Shown here: in pieces, positions 26,572 through 64,000 of the stretch
Layout: every line of letters starts with the position of its first letter
How positions within the stretch are numbered: position 1 is the stretch's first letter
DNA from: the human T2T-CHM13v2.0 reference genome, Homo sapiens
Direction: 5' to 3' (one strand)
DNA length: 64,000 nucleotides
Assembly: GCF_009914755.1 (NCBI RefSeq)
Contig: NC_060927.1
Translations under genes and position numbers: made by a program
The notes under the pieces: generated by a model
Told to the model about the DNA's origin: nothing
Seen by the model: only the letters and a program-made list of their open reading frames with translations
The model's database searches: none

Positions 26572-27860
26572 TTGATCATTTTTGGGTGTTTCTTGCAGAG
26601 GGGGATTTGGCAGGGTCATAGGACAATAGTGGAGGGAAGGTCAGCAGATAAACAAGTGAACAAAGGTCTCTGGTTTTCCTAGGCAAAGGACCCTGGGGCC
26701 TTCTGCAGTGTTTGTGTCCCTGGGTACTTGAGATTAGGGAGTGGTGATGACTCTTAACGAGCATGCTGCCTTCAAGCATCTGTTTAACAAAGCACATCTT
26801 GCACCGCCCTTAATCCATTTAACCCTGAGTGGACACAGCACATGTTTCAGAGAGCACCGGGTTGGGGATAAGGTCATAGATCAACAGCATCCCAAGGTAG
26901 AAGAATTTTTCTTAGTCCAGATCAAAATGGAGTCTCCTATGTCTACTTCTTTCTACACAGACACAGCAACAATCTGATTTCTCTGTCTTTTCCCCACATT
27001 TCCCCCTTTTCTATTCGACACAACCGCCATCGTCATCATGGCCCATTCTCAATGAGCTGTTGGGTACACCTCCCAGACGGGGTGGCGGCCGGGCAGAGGC
27101 GCCCCCCACCTCCCGGATGGGGCGGCTGGCCGGGCGGGGGCTGACCCCCCACCTCCCTCCCGGACGGGGCGGCTGGCCGGGCGGGGGCTGACCCCCGTTC
27201 CCGGACGGGGTGGCTGCCGGGCGGAGACGCTCCTCACTTCCCAGATGGGGCGGCTGCCGGGCGGAGGGGCTCCTCACTTCTCAGACAGGGCGGCTGCTGG
27301 GAGGAGGGGCTTCTCACTTGTCAGACGGGGTCGTGGCGGGGCGGAGGGGCTCCTCACTTCTCAGATGGGGTGGCCAGGCAGAGACGCTCCTCACCTCCCA
27401 GACGGGGTCGCGGCCGGGCAGAGGCGCTCCTCACATCCCAGACGGGGCGGCGGGGCAGAGGCGCTCCCCACATCTCAGACGATGGGCGGCCGGACAGAGA
27501 CACTCCTCACTTCCTAGACGGGATGGCGGCCGGGAAGAGGCGCTCCTCACTTCCCAGACTGGGCAGCCGGGCAGAGGAGCTCCTCACATCCCAGACGATG
27601 GGCGGCCAGGCAGAGACGCTCCTCACTTCCCAGACGGGGTGGCGGCCGGGCAGAGGCTGCAATCTCGGCACTTTGGAAGGCCAAGGCAGGCGGCTGGGAG
27701 GTGGAGGTTGTAGCTAGCCGAGATCACGCCACTGCACTCCAGCCTGGGCAACATTGAGCACTGAGTGAACGAGACTCCGTCTGCAATCCCGGCACCTCGG
27801 GAGGCCGAGGCTGGCAGATCACTCCCGGTTAGGAGCTGGAGACTAGGCCGGCCACCACGG
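26503..27860 (-). mobile_element. SVA retrotransposon (older B/C-like), 5'-truncated within the Alu-like domain, no hexamer repeat
   Basis: Poly(T) tail, SINE-R (HERV-K-derived) ~26570-27065, GC-rich VNTR ~27066-27655, Alu-like segment to 27860. Confidence 0.95.
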
Positions 27861-31300
<3,440 letters not shown>

Positions 31301-31309
31301 AACATCCAG

Positions 31310-32085
31310 AAGAAATGGAAGCCTCTAGGCCATTATTCCTCTCTTGTATTTCTATCCTGAAACAGTCTGTACAGCACTCTCCCACACACCCTTCCACTGT
31401 GTCTCCCTTCCACCATGCCCTCTGGACTCAGTCTGTCATGAGACAAATCTACTGGACATTCACTGAAGACACTGCTTCTCCTACAACTCTCTCATGCCAT
31501 GGCTATTTTTTCACCTACACCACAAATGATTTTTTTCACTCTCCATCACTCCCTCGTTTTTACTTCCCCATAGCACTAAAATCGCTCTCCTCTGTATACT
31601 ACCTTCCCCTTCTCATTCTTCATTAAACTCGTCTGATCAAACACAATGTTGGTTAAACTCCACTCCTCTCCTCCCTTCTGTGCCAACATAGGAGCAGAAG
31701 ATGGCGGCTGGAGGAAAACACACAGCCCTGCTGACCTAGGCCTTCCTTAGATTTGTAACCCACAGCTCGCAAATGGCTTCTCAGGCCTCCACATTTTCTT
31801 AGACAATTTACTTTCTTCCGGTCTGAGCTGACTATTTCACAACTTCTCTCTCCTTTAACCTCTGGTAGTCTCATCCCTTCCCCCATTCTCCCCAGGATTA
31901 TTAAGTCAATCCATTTACATGCATCTGAACCCACAAACTGTCTTTCCTCAGATACGATGGATGGTCTGCTCCTATTTAAGGGTAGCCCCTCCACTTGTTC
32001 CCTGGATCCATCCCCTTTCATCCGCACATGACCTTTGTTGTTCCAATGCCCCTCTTGAGTCATCAATGGTTCCTTTGGCATTAAC
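31310..32085 (+). mobile_element. L2-like LINE fragment
   Basis: Pyrimidine-rich old LINE sequence ('cccctccacttgttccctggatccatcccct') similar to L2 ORF2. Confidence 0.5.
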
Positions 32086-32367
32086 CTGATGTATCTTAAA
32101 TTGTCTTTTGTTAGATGTAATTTCATAAAAATAAATTAGAAAATTTGATGAAATGGATCTATTTTTAGCAAAATTCAAATTAACAAAATGGACACAAAAA
32201 GAGATAGGAAATCAAAAATAAAACAATACCCATAGAAGAAACTGAAAAATCTGTGAAAGATCTCCAGCCCCACAAAAAAGCCATATCAAGATAGAAAGCC
32301 ATGTCAGGGGGAGTTTTGTCAACACAGTTTCACTAATAATATGTACATTTTAGCTAACTTGTCATAA

Positions 32368-34950
<2,583 letters not shown>

Positions 34951-35954
34951 AACACTTAGAGAATCTTTTCTGTGGACTACATACTTTCCAGGATTTTCCC
35001 GAGAACCCATGTTACGGTAGACACCATATGATTAATACAACTTCTTAAGGTTTTCTTCCAGTAAAACAGTTTCTATTTGAATTATTTAGGAACCCAAAGA
35101 ATCTGGACTACTAAGAAGTAGAGAAAATAGTGCCCTGCTAGATATAAAACTAAATTCTCACAGATATATTATTCTGTTTTCAACTCTCAGTTCTGTGCAG
35201 TTGTTGTAGTTGTCTATTCCTATGACAGAAATAATCCTTTAATTACTGTGACTTTATGTTACATTTTGCTTTCTGGTCAGGAGTGGTACCAGTTGATTTT
35301 TAAAAATAGTCTTAGATATTCGTATGTATGAATTCTTCCACAGCAATTTTAGAATACATTGTCATTTCCTTAAAATAAAATTTCTTTTTCATTTGGTTGG
35401 AATTACATAAAATTCACTGATTAATTTGGGGGTAAATGACATATCACAACATCGAGTCTTTCTATCTGGTGAACTTGTAATTACTATCCTCAGGTCTTAG
35501 TCAATTCTAATTAAACATGACAGCCTGATATTAGCTGTGCTTGGGTAGACAGTTGTGGGGCCTTGAAGTGGCATAGATTGAAAAGATGTGCAGAGGCAAG
35601 AAACCTGCAATGAGTCATTTAGTGGCCCGAGGCAAGAGGTGACAAGAATAAGGGAATGGATTTTTGGAAAACGTAAACATTTTTCAAAATCCTCAGATTT
35701 ACTGGGGCAAAGGGTGGAATGAACTGCAATCAGGCCTGATAAGGACCCAGGTTGTGTGTGAGCTGACTGAGAAACACAAGAATAGAGATGTTAAGGATAA
35801 CATGCTTTAGTAATAGAGTCACCTATGCTTTCTTTTTCTTTTTTGCCTTTATTTACTGTGCATTCTTTTGTTATATTTTTGCCCTTCCCACAATTTTCAA
35901 ATTTCAAAAAATCACGTTCTTTCTGATGTGTTTTTGTAAATTAATTCTGTGGAG

Positions 35955-39690
<3,736 letters not shown>

Positions 39691-39753
39691 TGTGTTTTGC
39701 ATGTGGTCTTTTAGCCTTTTTATTCGGATTATTATTATTATTAATTTTTATTC

Positions 39754-40949
<1,196 letters not shown>

Positions 40950-42038
40950 CCTACTGTGTATTCTTAAGTAAGATTAATGTCTCAAAGCATGATGTAGGCT
41001 GATGCAAGAAAAAAATTAATGTCATATTTTGATAAATATAAAATTGTTAAACATTTAAAAATAAATATATTAAAGAAATAGAAACACGCTGTAAAACTTT
41101 CAAAACAGTTGAGATGGGCAGAAAAAGAACCAATAAAATGTGCTCTATCCAACAGAGTTTTGAAATGGGAGGAGGGTGGTAAAGGAAACAATGACTTCAA
41201 GTTTCTTCAAATTGTGTGTTATTTCTTCTGCGTGCCCCTGGGATGGGCAACCTTGAAGGATGCTTTGGACAAGGCTTCTAAATGGAAGCAAACACAAATT
41301 TGAGTTCTTGTCAAAAGAAATACCCACCCTCTCTGCAGCAATGTCCAAGATGATCAGCCATAGATGTTCCTGCATTTTGGTCTTGGTTTTGTGCTTCTGT
41401 TGCAAAAACCATCCCACATGGGTTGGGGTAGTTTTTGTGTCCTGTTACATTCAGTGATTCAAATAAAATGAAAGGCATAAACACTCCTCATTTCTATTCC
41501 TGAAAGTCCTTCTTGGTCGATTAAAGTGACAAGCCTGGTACCTTCCTTTAAGAGCCTGCTGCTGCTGAGTCCTCAATTTAATTGGTCTATGTGGCATGAG
41601 TTTTGGAAGAATAAATATATTCTCCCTGATACTTGCCCTTAGCTAAGTTAGCTTCATCTTTGCCAAGTTCTTACAATCTACTTGGAGGTCATTTCTTTGG
41701 GGCTTATTTATATCTAAGGCCCAGTCAGAGCAACAGGAATCTATTCATATGGGTCGACTGCATGATTTTGTTAAATGTGTTAAATTTAGTAACACCAGGA
41801 GGAAAACATTCTACTAGCTAGTGCTGAGCAGTGCATGGTTGTTACTTTTGTTTTCTTCTCACAGTACTTGCAGCACAGAAACAGCTGACCCTGCCACTCC
41901 TCACCTCATCGCCCAATGTGGCATCATCACAGTGTCTAAGAAGTTTCCTTGGAGGATCTGTGCTTACTTTAACAGTTGCCAACACATAGGCCTTGTGCTA
42001 AACTCTGACCAAATGCAAAACAGTAACAGTAAGAGAAG

Positions 42039-42428
42039 TGTCTTAGTTTGGGTTCCCCCTAAAGTAGCCCCTGAGATATGCAATTTATCTGGAAGTGATC
42101 CCAGGAAACACCGGCAGGGGGACAGAGAATTGAGACAGGAAAGGAAGGTAGCTGCTGATGAAGGGTGCTTTATCAAGCAAAAATAACTGGAGCCCAATCA
42201 CTTGAAGGAAGTCTGGAAGCCAGCAGAGAACGTACACTGCCCGAAGAGACAAAGGAACAGGGACTTCTGGAAGATCTTCAATTCCCCATAACTTCCAACC
42301 CACTGCATCGAGCAGAGCAGGCTTCAGTAGCCAGAGGATTAGGACAGCATGCTGGCAGCTGGTGCTGGCTCCACTACAGCTGTAAGGCTGTGGGGGATAT
42401 GGGCAGAGCCCCAGCACTGTCCCCTACA
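42039..42428 (-). mobile_element. Old ERVL LTR (LTR16/LTR33/LTR41 group)
   Basis: 'tgtcttagtttgggttcccc...gcaatttatctggaagtgatcccaggaaacacc'. Confidence 0.6.
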
Positions 42429-42716
42429 ATAGGTTTTTCCCAGTTCTTATCAAATAATTCTTTCAGATGTCATAACATGGTGTGATAATTCTTGTACCTT
42501 GCCTGACCATATGTAGTGGCATCTTCTTTTGGTAACAGGCCCTAAACTTTAGTCCCAACAGCCATGACCCAGCTGGGCCAATCATAAAATCTCATGCTTC
42601 CAAGTGAAACATAAAGTGAGCTAAAACCATAATCTTGTAATTTGAACTGATAAAGCTTTTTCTTTACAAACATTTTCAGAATAACATAAAATAAATTGAA
42701 TAAAAGTAGATATTTT

Positions 42717-44000
<1,284 letters not shown>

Positions 44001-44359
44001 ATACTCTTTAGTAGCTTAGGAAGAGGATTAGATGAGCTCAAAGTCCATAAAAGCTGAGATTTAGCTGGTGTCAACATACCATAAACGGAAAGTAGTATGG
44101 GACACCCATTACCCCAAGAATATTATTGTATAACTTGAATACAAATAGGATCTAGCAAGGTTTTGATAGGTGGTCACTTTATAATGGGTTGTGAAAGGGA
44201 AGTTAAGGAGGTTCAGGAAATATTCTCAAGATCTTTTAACTTTGATATGAGAAATGAGAATTACTACACTCTCCACATCCAACAAAACAGTAAAATGTTA
44301 ATCAATGAAGGTATTCCAAGTCATATGGATCTTTGGTTAGATCCTGAAGGTTTGATCCA

Positions 44360-48040
<3,681 letters not shown>

Positions 48041-48044
48041 ATAA

Positions 48045-54045
<6,001 letters not shown>

Positions 54046-55319
54046 ACTCAGCATCAAGTTGGCCAATGGGAGATAGGAACTGGTGGCTAAATATTTCCTC
54101 CTCTGTCTTACATTCTGCGCAGTTCCTCAGGGGGCCTCAGTGGGACTAAGCTCCAGTTGTTTACAGAAATTTTATATCCTTCAATAGGCTTTCTTTCTTT
54201 CCTGTTTCATTCTTTCTGGTCCCAATTTCTTTTTCTACCCATATCCTACGGGATCATTTTCCAGAAGAAAGTATCTGCCCATGAGTCCTTCTCCAATGTT
54301 GCTTTTGGGGGGAACCCCAGCTAATATAGCTAGCCTTTTAATTGCTTTTGTTGGGTCACTTTCAACATTTCCACCTTGGGTCCCTGGATGCATTCTGGGT
54401 TCCTAATGGGTAGGGATCAGATATTCTATTTTGTATTTTCCCACAGTTACTAACGAGGGCCTGGCAAATGCAAGTAAACATAGATTAATTTCGATTTGAT
54501 TCAACAAAAGGAAAGAATACAGTGGCTATCTGTGGCTCAAGGGAAGCCAGTTGCCTCTGTTGCAGCTACTTCTGCCTCATGCTGGATGAAGGGAGGACTT
54601 ACCAGGGCAATTACTGTTTTCCTTTCTTGTATCCATTCTGCTTCCCTCCCAGGTTCCTGTTCCACTGGCTTCCAGCAGCAGCAGGTCAGCAGCTGCTCCA
54701 AGTAGTTCATCAGCTCAGTCAGGCCCAGAACTGGGGCTGTCACTGGGGCCCCGCCTGCCATCTGCTTCCTCCAAGCTGAGAGTAGGAGAGGAAAACTGGT
54801 CCCTACTCCTCAGGGGCAGAATCCACATGCCTGTCATCTGGCACTACAGAACAAATCAGGGACTCCAAAGAATGAATGACTTCAAAATTTTCTACCAGCC
54901 TTAACTGAATCTCATAGATATAGGGAGTGACAGACAGCTGGTAAAGGTGTAAAGAAAGTAGAACATATTTGGCAGACAAGCAGTAGTTAACGGGTCTACC
55001 GCTAATTTGATGCTCCTGTGGACACACACTACTTTTCTGCCCACAGTTTCCAGAAAATGAGTAGGTTGGACTAGATGATCTCAAAGAACCCCCAGCTCTA
55101 GGATTGTTAAATTACAGAACTGGAAGGAATCTGATCGGTCAGTTATACTTCAAATAGTCTAATTTTTTTTTTTTCTTGAAAGCCTTCACTGTTGGTAACA
55201 GCACCATGTCTATTCTAGATCCACTATGAGAGCTCCAGCATATCTGCTCTGGCATGCTCCCTGATGGGCATGCCCATTTACATACAGTTTTTTTGTAATT
55301 AAAAATGATTTTTTTTGTA

Positions 55320-56790
<1,471 letters not shown>

Positions 56791-57249
56791 ACTTGATGAT
56801 CTCTTCAAGTCAAGTCTATGCCAGTATGAGAAATCAGGTTTTGCAGGGTTTAGTTTCCTTACACCTTTGGTTCTGGTCTGAGTCTTCTTCAAGTCCTCCC
56901 AATGTCCTCTATGACCCCTGGGTTGAAAAGAAGAAGTAGACTCAGTAGCCTCAACTGGAAATGAGATCATGTGGGTTGTTCCCTGTTAAACCGTCCACAA
57001 GTGATTTGCATAATAGAGTGGCCTGTGAGCTCTTACTTCCTGGATCGGTTCCTGATCCCCTCTCTGCTGTCCGCCAGCCCCCTGCCTGTCACCCTTTGGT
57101 GGCATCTTAGTCCAACAGCCAGTTCCATCCCCTCCAGCCTTCCCCCCGTCCCCGGCTCCATCCTCCCTCCATTTAAGCCTAAGGGCGGCTTTGCTAGGAG
57201 ACAGCCCGCCCTGCAGGAACAGAACGCCTGGACTTCCACTGTGTTCACG

Positions 57250-58400
57250 ACAATCAGCGCCCCGGGCCGCGGGGGTCCCATCCTTCTCTTAGACTGACTC
57301 TGGAAGGACCCCGAGAAGTGCTAGAAGTAAATAAGCGCTCGGGGAGGGATGTGATCAGCTTTTCCGGATCCAGGTCTTTACCGGATACTTCTCTGTGCCC
57401 CACGGCGTGGGTAAAAGTGCAGGGGCAGCCGCGGGCGAGGAAGGCGGGGCGCGGCTCCAGGCGACTAGGACGTGGCCGGCGGGCATCCTGGAGGGCGGCC
57501 CGCAGGTGGCGGCGCGGGGCGGCGGGCGGGGCTGGGAAGGGGGAGGGCTCGGCGCGCGTCGGGCGGTGACGGCAGCGCGGAGGGGAGGTGCAAGCCGCCC
57601 GCTCGCGGGGGAGCCATGGCGAGAGGCCGCGCGGCGGCGCCCGCAACAGTGCCCGCGTCCGCAGCAGCGCCCCCGCCCGCCGCCCCGGGGCCCACCCGGC
57701 CGCCGCCCCCGCGCGCCCCGAGCCCTTGACGCCCGCGCGCCTCAAGCGAGGCGTCCCCCAGAGTGGGGCCGCGCGCGGGAGAGCCGGAGCGCAGCCTTAG
57801 CGTCCCCGAGAGTCTCGAACGCCCCGACGACCCCCGCGTCTCGGAACCCCGGACTCCGAGCCCAGGAGCGCCAGAGCGGCAGGCGGGCAGCAGGAGGCGG
57901 CGGCGCCAGAGCGGAGCCCCCGCGAGTGCCCCCGTGCCGCCCGGCCGGCTGCAGCGGAGGGAACCGAAGCCGCCGGGCGGCCGGGGCCGGGCCGAGAACG
58001 ACGCGGAGGAAGCCCCCACCGAGGCCCCCCGGCACCGCGCCTGCTGCCGGGTTGCGCTCCGTGCACCTCTTGCGGGTAAGCCAGGGGTCCGCTCACCCGC
58101 GCCGCCTGCGCCTCGGGCCCAGGGGCTGGGGAAGGACACGGGTGTTCTGGGAGTGTCCGCGTGAGATAGTGGCGGCGTGAGAGGCCGGGCGCCGGGACCC
58201 TGCGGGGACAGCCCTCCTAATGCACCGGCCGCACCTGCAGGAGGCCCTCGGAGCCCGGAAAAGTGCCCCTAGGGCATCGTGTCGGCCACGCCGCGTGGCC
58301 TGGATTCCGCGCTCCGGCACTCCGAGGTGACAGTGAGGCGACCTTCAAAGAGCCTGGAGCTGAGCGCGGGCAGCACCCCGATTCCCACTCACCCGCAAAA
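57250..58400. promoter_or_regulatory. TRAK1: CpG island promoter with GC boxes (distal TRAK1 promoter)
   Basis: Very high GC/CpG content and multiple GGGGCGG/GGGCGGGG boxes at 57444-57540; gene identity from recalled synteny with ULK4. Confidence 0.75.
57600..58075 (+). other. TRAK1: GC-rich first exon, probably non-coding (distal TRAK1 exon 1); start approximate
   Basis: Strong donor CTTGCGG|GTAAGC at 58075/58076 within the island; no recognisable protein. Confidence 0.6.
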
Positions 58401-59713
58401 CTTGATGAAAATGACATCATCTGAGCGTGTCAGAGAGCAGAGAGCCTTTAGAGCCCTCCTTTGCATCCTTGAGAGTTAACAAGTTTACTTTGTCACTTTC
58501 TTGACCTGATTTTTAAAGTTCTTTTCTAGTCTCCAAGGTCAAGCTCTTGCAGGTAAAAACAAATGTAATGAACTGTATCGTTTCTTCTTTTGTAAAGTTG
58601 TGTTTCAGGAAAGATGTTAAAAGTCGGCCTGCTCTTGAGGCTGGTGCTGGGTGCCCCTTCCGCTTTAAGCTTGCCTGTTTTAGAACCCGTGGCTGCACTT
58701 GTTCAGACACTGAAATTAGCGTCCGCTTTGAGAGCCTTCAGAGTATTCGTCGTTGGACCGCTGATTTTTTTTTTTTTTCTGATATGCTTCACTGGAACTT
58801 TATTTGCTTCAAAAGTGTAAACGTTGTCAATACTGTCTGTGAGTGTGTATTCGGGACTGGTAACCTTTTCTGGAGGGTCTTTTGTTTATCTGGAAGGAGA
58901 GTGGAGGTTACCATAGGGAAACGGTCTAGTTCCAGGGTCCTTTCCAATTTCCAACTACAAGAGCAGCGAAGAGGAAGGTGCTCAGACTAAGCTCTGATTA
59001 GCCCTGGAGCCAGTCTGCACTGGGGAGGGTCTCCCCAGATTGAGTGAAGGGACAACAGGCTGGGAGCTTGACTGGTAGGTTTGGAGAGTTGGACCTGGAG
59101 TGACAGATGGCGCCTTCCCCTCTGTCTCTCGGTTTGGAATGGTCATACTCGGTTGCTCTTTGATCTTGGACCTCAGCTTTGTCACAGAGGTTCCCAGCCC
59201 AGTGTAGCCTAAGCCAGCTGGAAAGCTGAGCCCGGCTCTGGGGGATGCTGAATCGGTTTAAAGCCCTTGTCTCAGGGCTGCGAGTTTGGCAACAGTTGGG
59301 TTTCAGCTTGGCCCCAGCACCAGCCGTTTCCTGTTTGATGCCCCAGGGACCAGTTTCCCATCCCCAGCGCTCGCTTGAGGGTGTCTCCACTCTGGCTGTG
59401 TTGCTTCTCCTTCTCTGTGGTCTTGGAGTGGGAAACCTGGACTGAAATTCCAACTCCTCTCTATTGGCTGTGTGACCTTACTTAACCTCTCTGTCCTGCT
59501 CTCCCCTCTCTGGGAGACAATGTTTTAAATGGAGGTGTCTGTAAAAGTTTGACTGAATGACATGGGAACGTTTTCAGGTCTCCTTCCAACATGATTGGGT
59601 TTGTAATTTGGTAAGCTTTTTGAGCCCCAACAGGGATAATAAAGCATATAATAGTAATTATTGTTTTATAGGTTTATTATGAGGGTCAAATCAGGTAATA
59701 TAAAAGAGCTTTG

Positions 59714-63526
<3,813 letters not shown>

Positions 63527-64000
63527 AGGCAGTTCTTTAACATAAACAACGTGTGCTGTGGGTCTGGATTTTTTTTATGCTAACATTCTGTAAGCTCTCA
63601 GTTTTTAAGTTTTGCAAAATGTAGAACATATATGATACAACCTACTCTAGATACACAGCCTCTAGTGTAGGCTGCCTCCTTTTATTATGGGTTTCTATCA
63701 AATAATTTCCAGTTTGAGATTTGAGATGTGACCAAAGATAAAATGTCTCCTTATAATGTTAGAAGTGGTTTGGCTTCAGCTGTATTATTGAGTCAGGAAT
63801 TTGGACCTTTAGGAGCAGGTAAACAATGAGAGCAGAAACTACCCTTGAATTTATGTTTGTCTGAGGACCATTGGGAAATATTTCTTGGAGAGTGGGGAAG
63901 ACAAATTCCTTTGACCTCCAGAAGAATTGATTGTCCTCAGTGTGATGAGAAAATCAGGGAGAGAGTGACTGAAGACAGCTCAGCTGTTCATGCCAAAGGG

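Noticed and set aside
27011-27717. Repetitive overlapping ORFs (AETLLTSQTG repeats) and an array-like 37-50 bp repeat
   Set aside because: This is the SVA VNTR. It is not a CRISPR array (no unique spacers) and not a protein.
41821-42485. ORFs of 77-121 aa next to an acceptor-like TTTTCTTCTCACAG
   Set aside because: They largely overlap an old ERVL LTR, with no recognisable protein and no convincing donor.
57254-58420. Long overlapping ORFs of 130-260 aa on both strands
   Set aside because: Expected from stop-codon scarcity in a CpG island; Arg/Pro/Gly/Ala-rich with no domain. Selenocysteine or readthrough at the TGA is unsupported.

Overview
Hominoid (most likely human) genomic DNA, very Alu-dense, with no intact protein-coding exon that I can support. 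Almost all ORFs in the track are Alu-, SVA-, L1- or GC-island-derived. The window lies between two divergent CpG-island promoters about 52 kb apart. The first is a minus-strand non-coding first exon at ~5.97-6.2 kb that I recognise from memory as ULK4 exon 1. The second is a plus-strand GC-rich first exon at ~57.6-58.08 kb, consistent with the distal TRAK1 exon (3p22.1); this call rests on recalled synteny and has not been checked. Between them are a GEMIN2 processed pseudogene, a nested stack of LTRs (MER4 hosting LTR18, LTR7 and an Alu), a MER41 solo LTR, L1/L2/MaLR/ERVL fossils, an SVA and roughly 80 Alus. I found no novel multi-gene system. The most unusual observations are: (1) an SVA with no TSD whose 5' end is fused to a ~99% identical 412-bp inverted copy of DNA 4.3 kb away, apparently with loss of target DNA; (2) a GEMIN2 retrocopy that preserves an mRNA lacking 38 internal codons; (3) a diverged tandem duplication of an RFX/CCAAT/ETS module in the ULK4 promoter; (4) an LTR18 carrying a tRNA-Ser PBS remnant inside its TSD-defined ends; (5) a candidate antisense exon with a small ORF upstream of the second island. 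Repeat coordinates are approximate and subfamily names are from memory.
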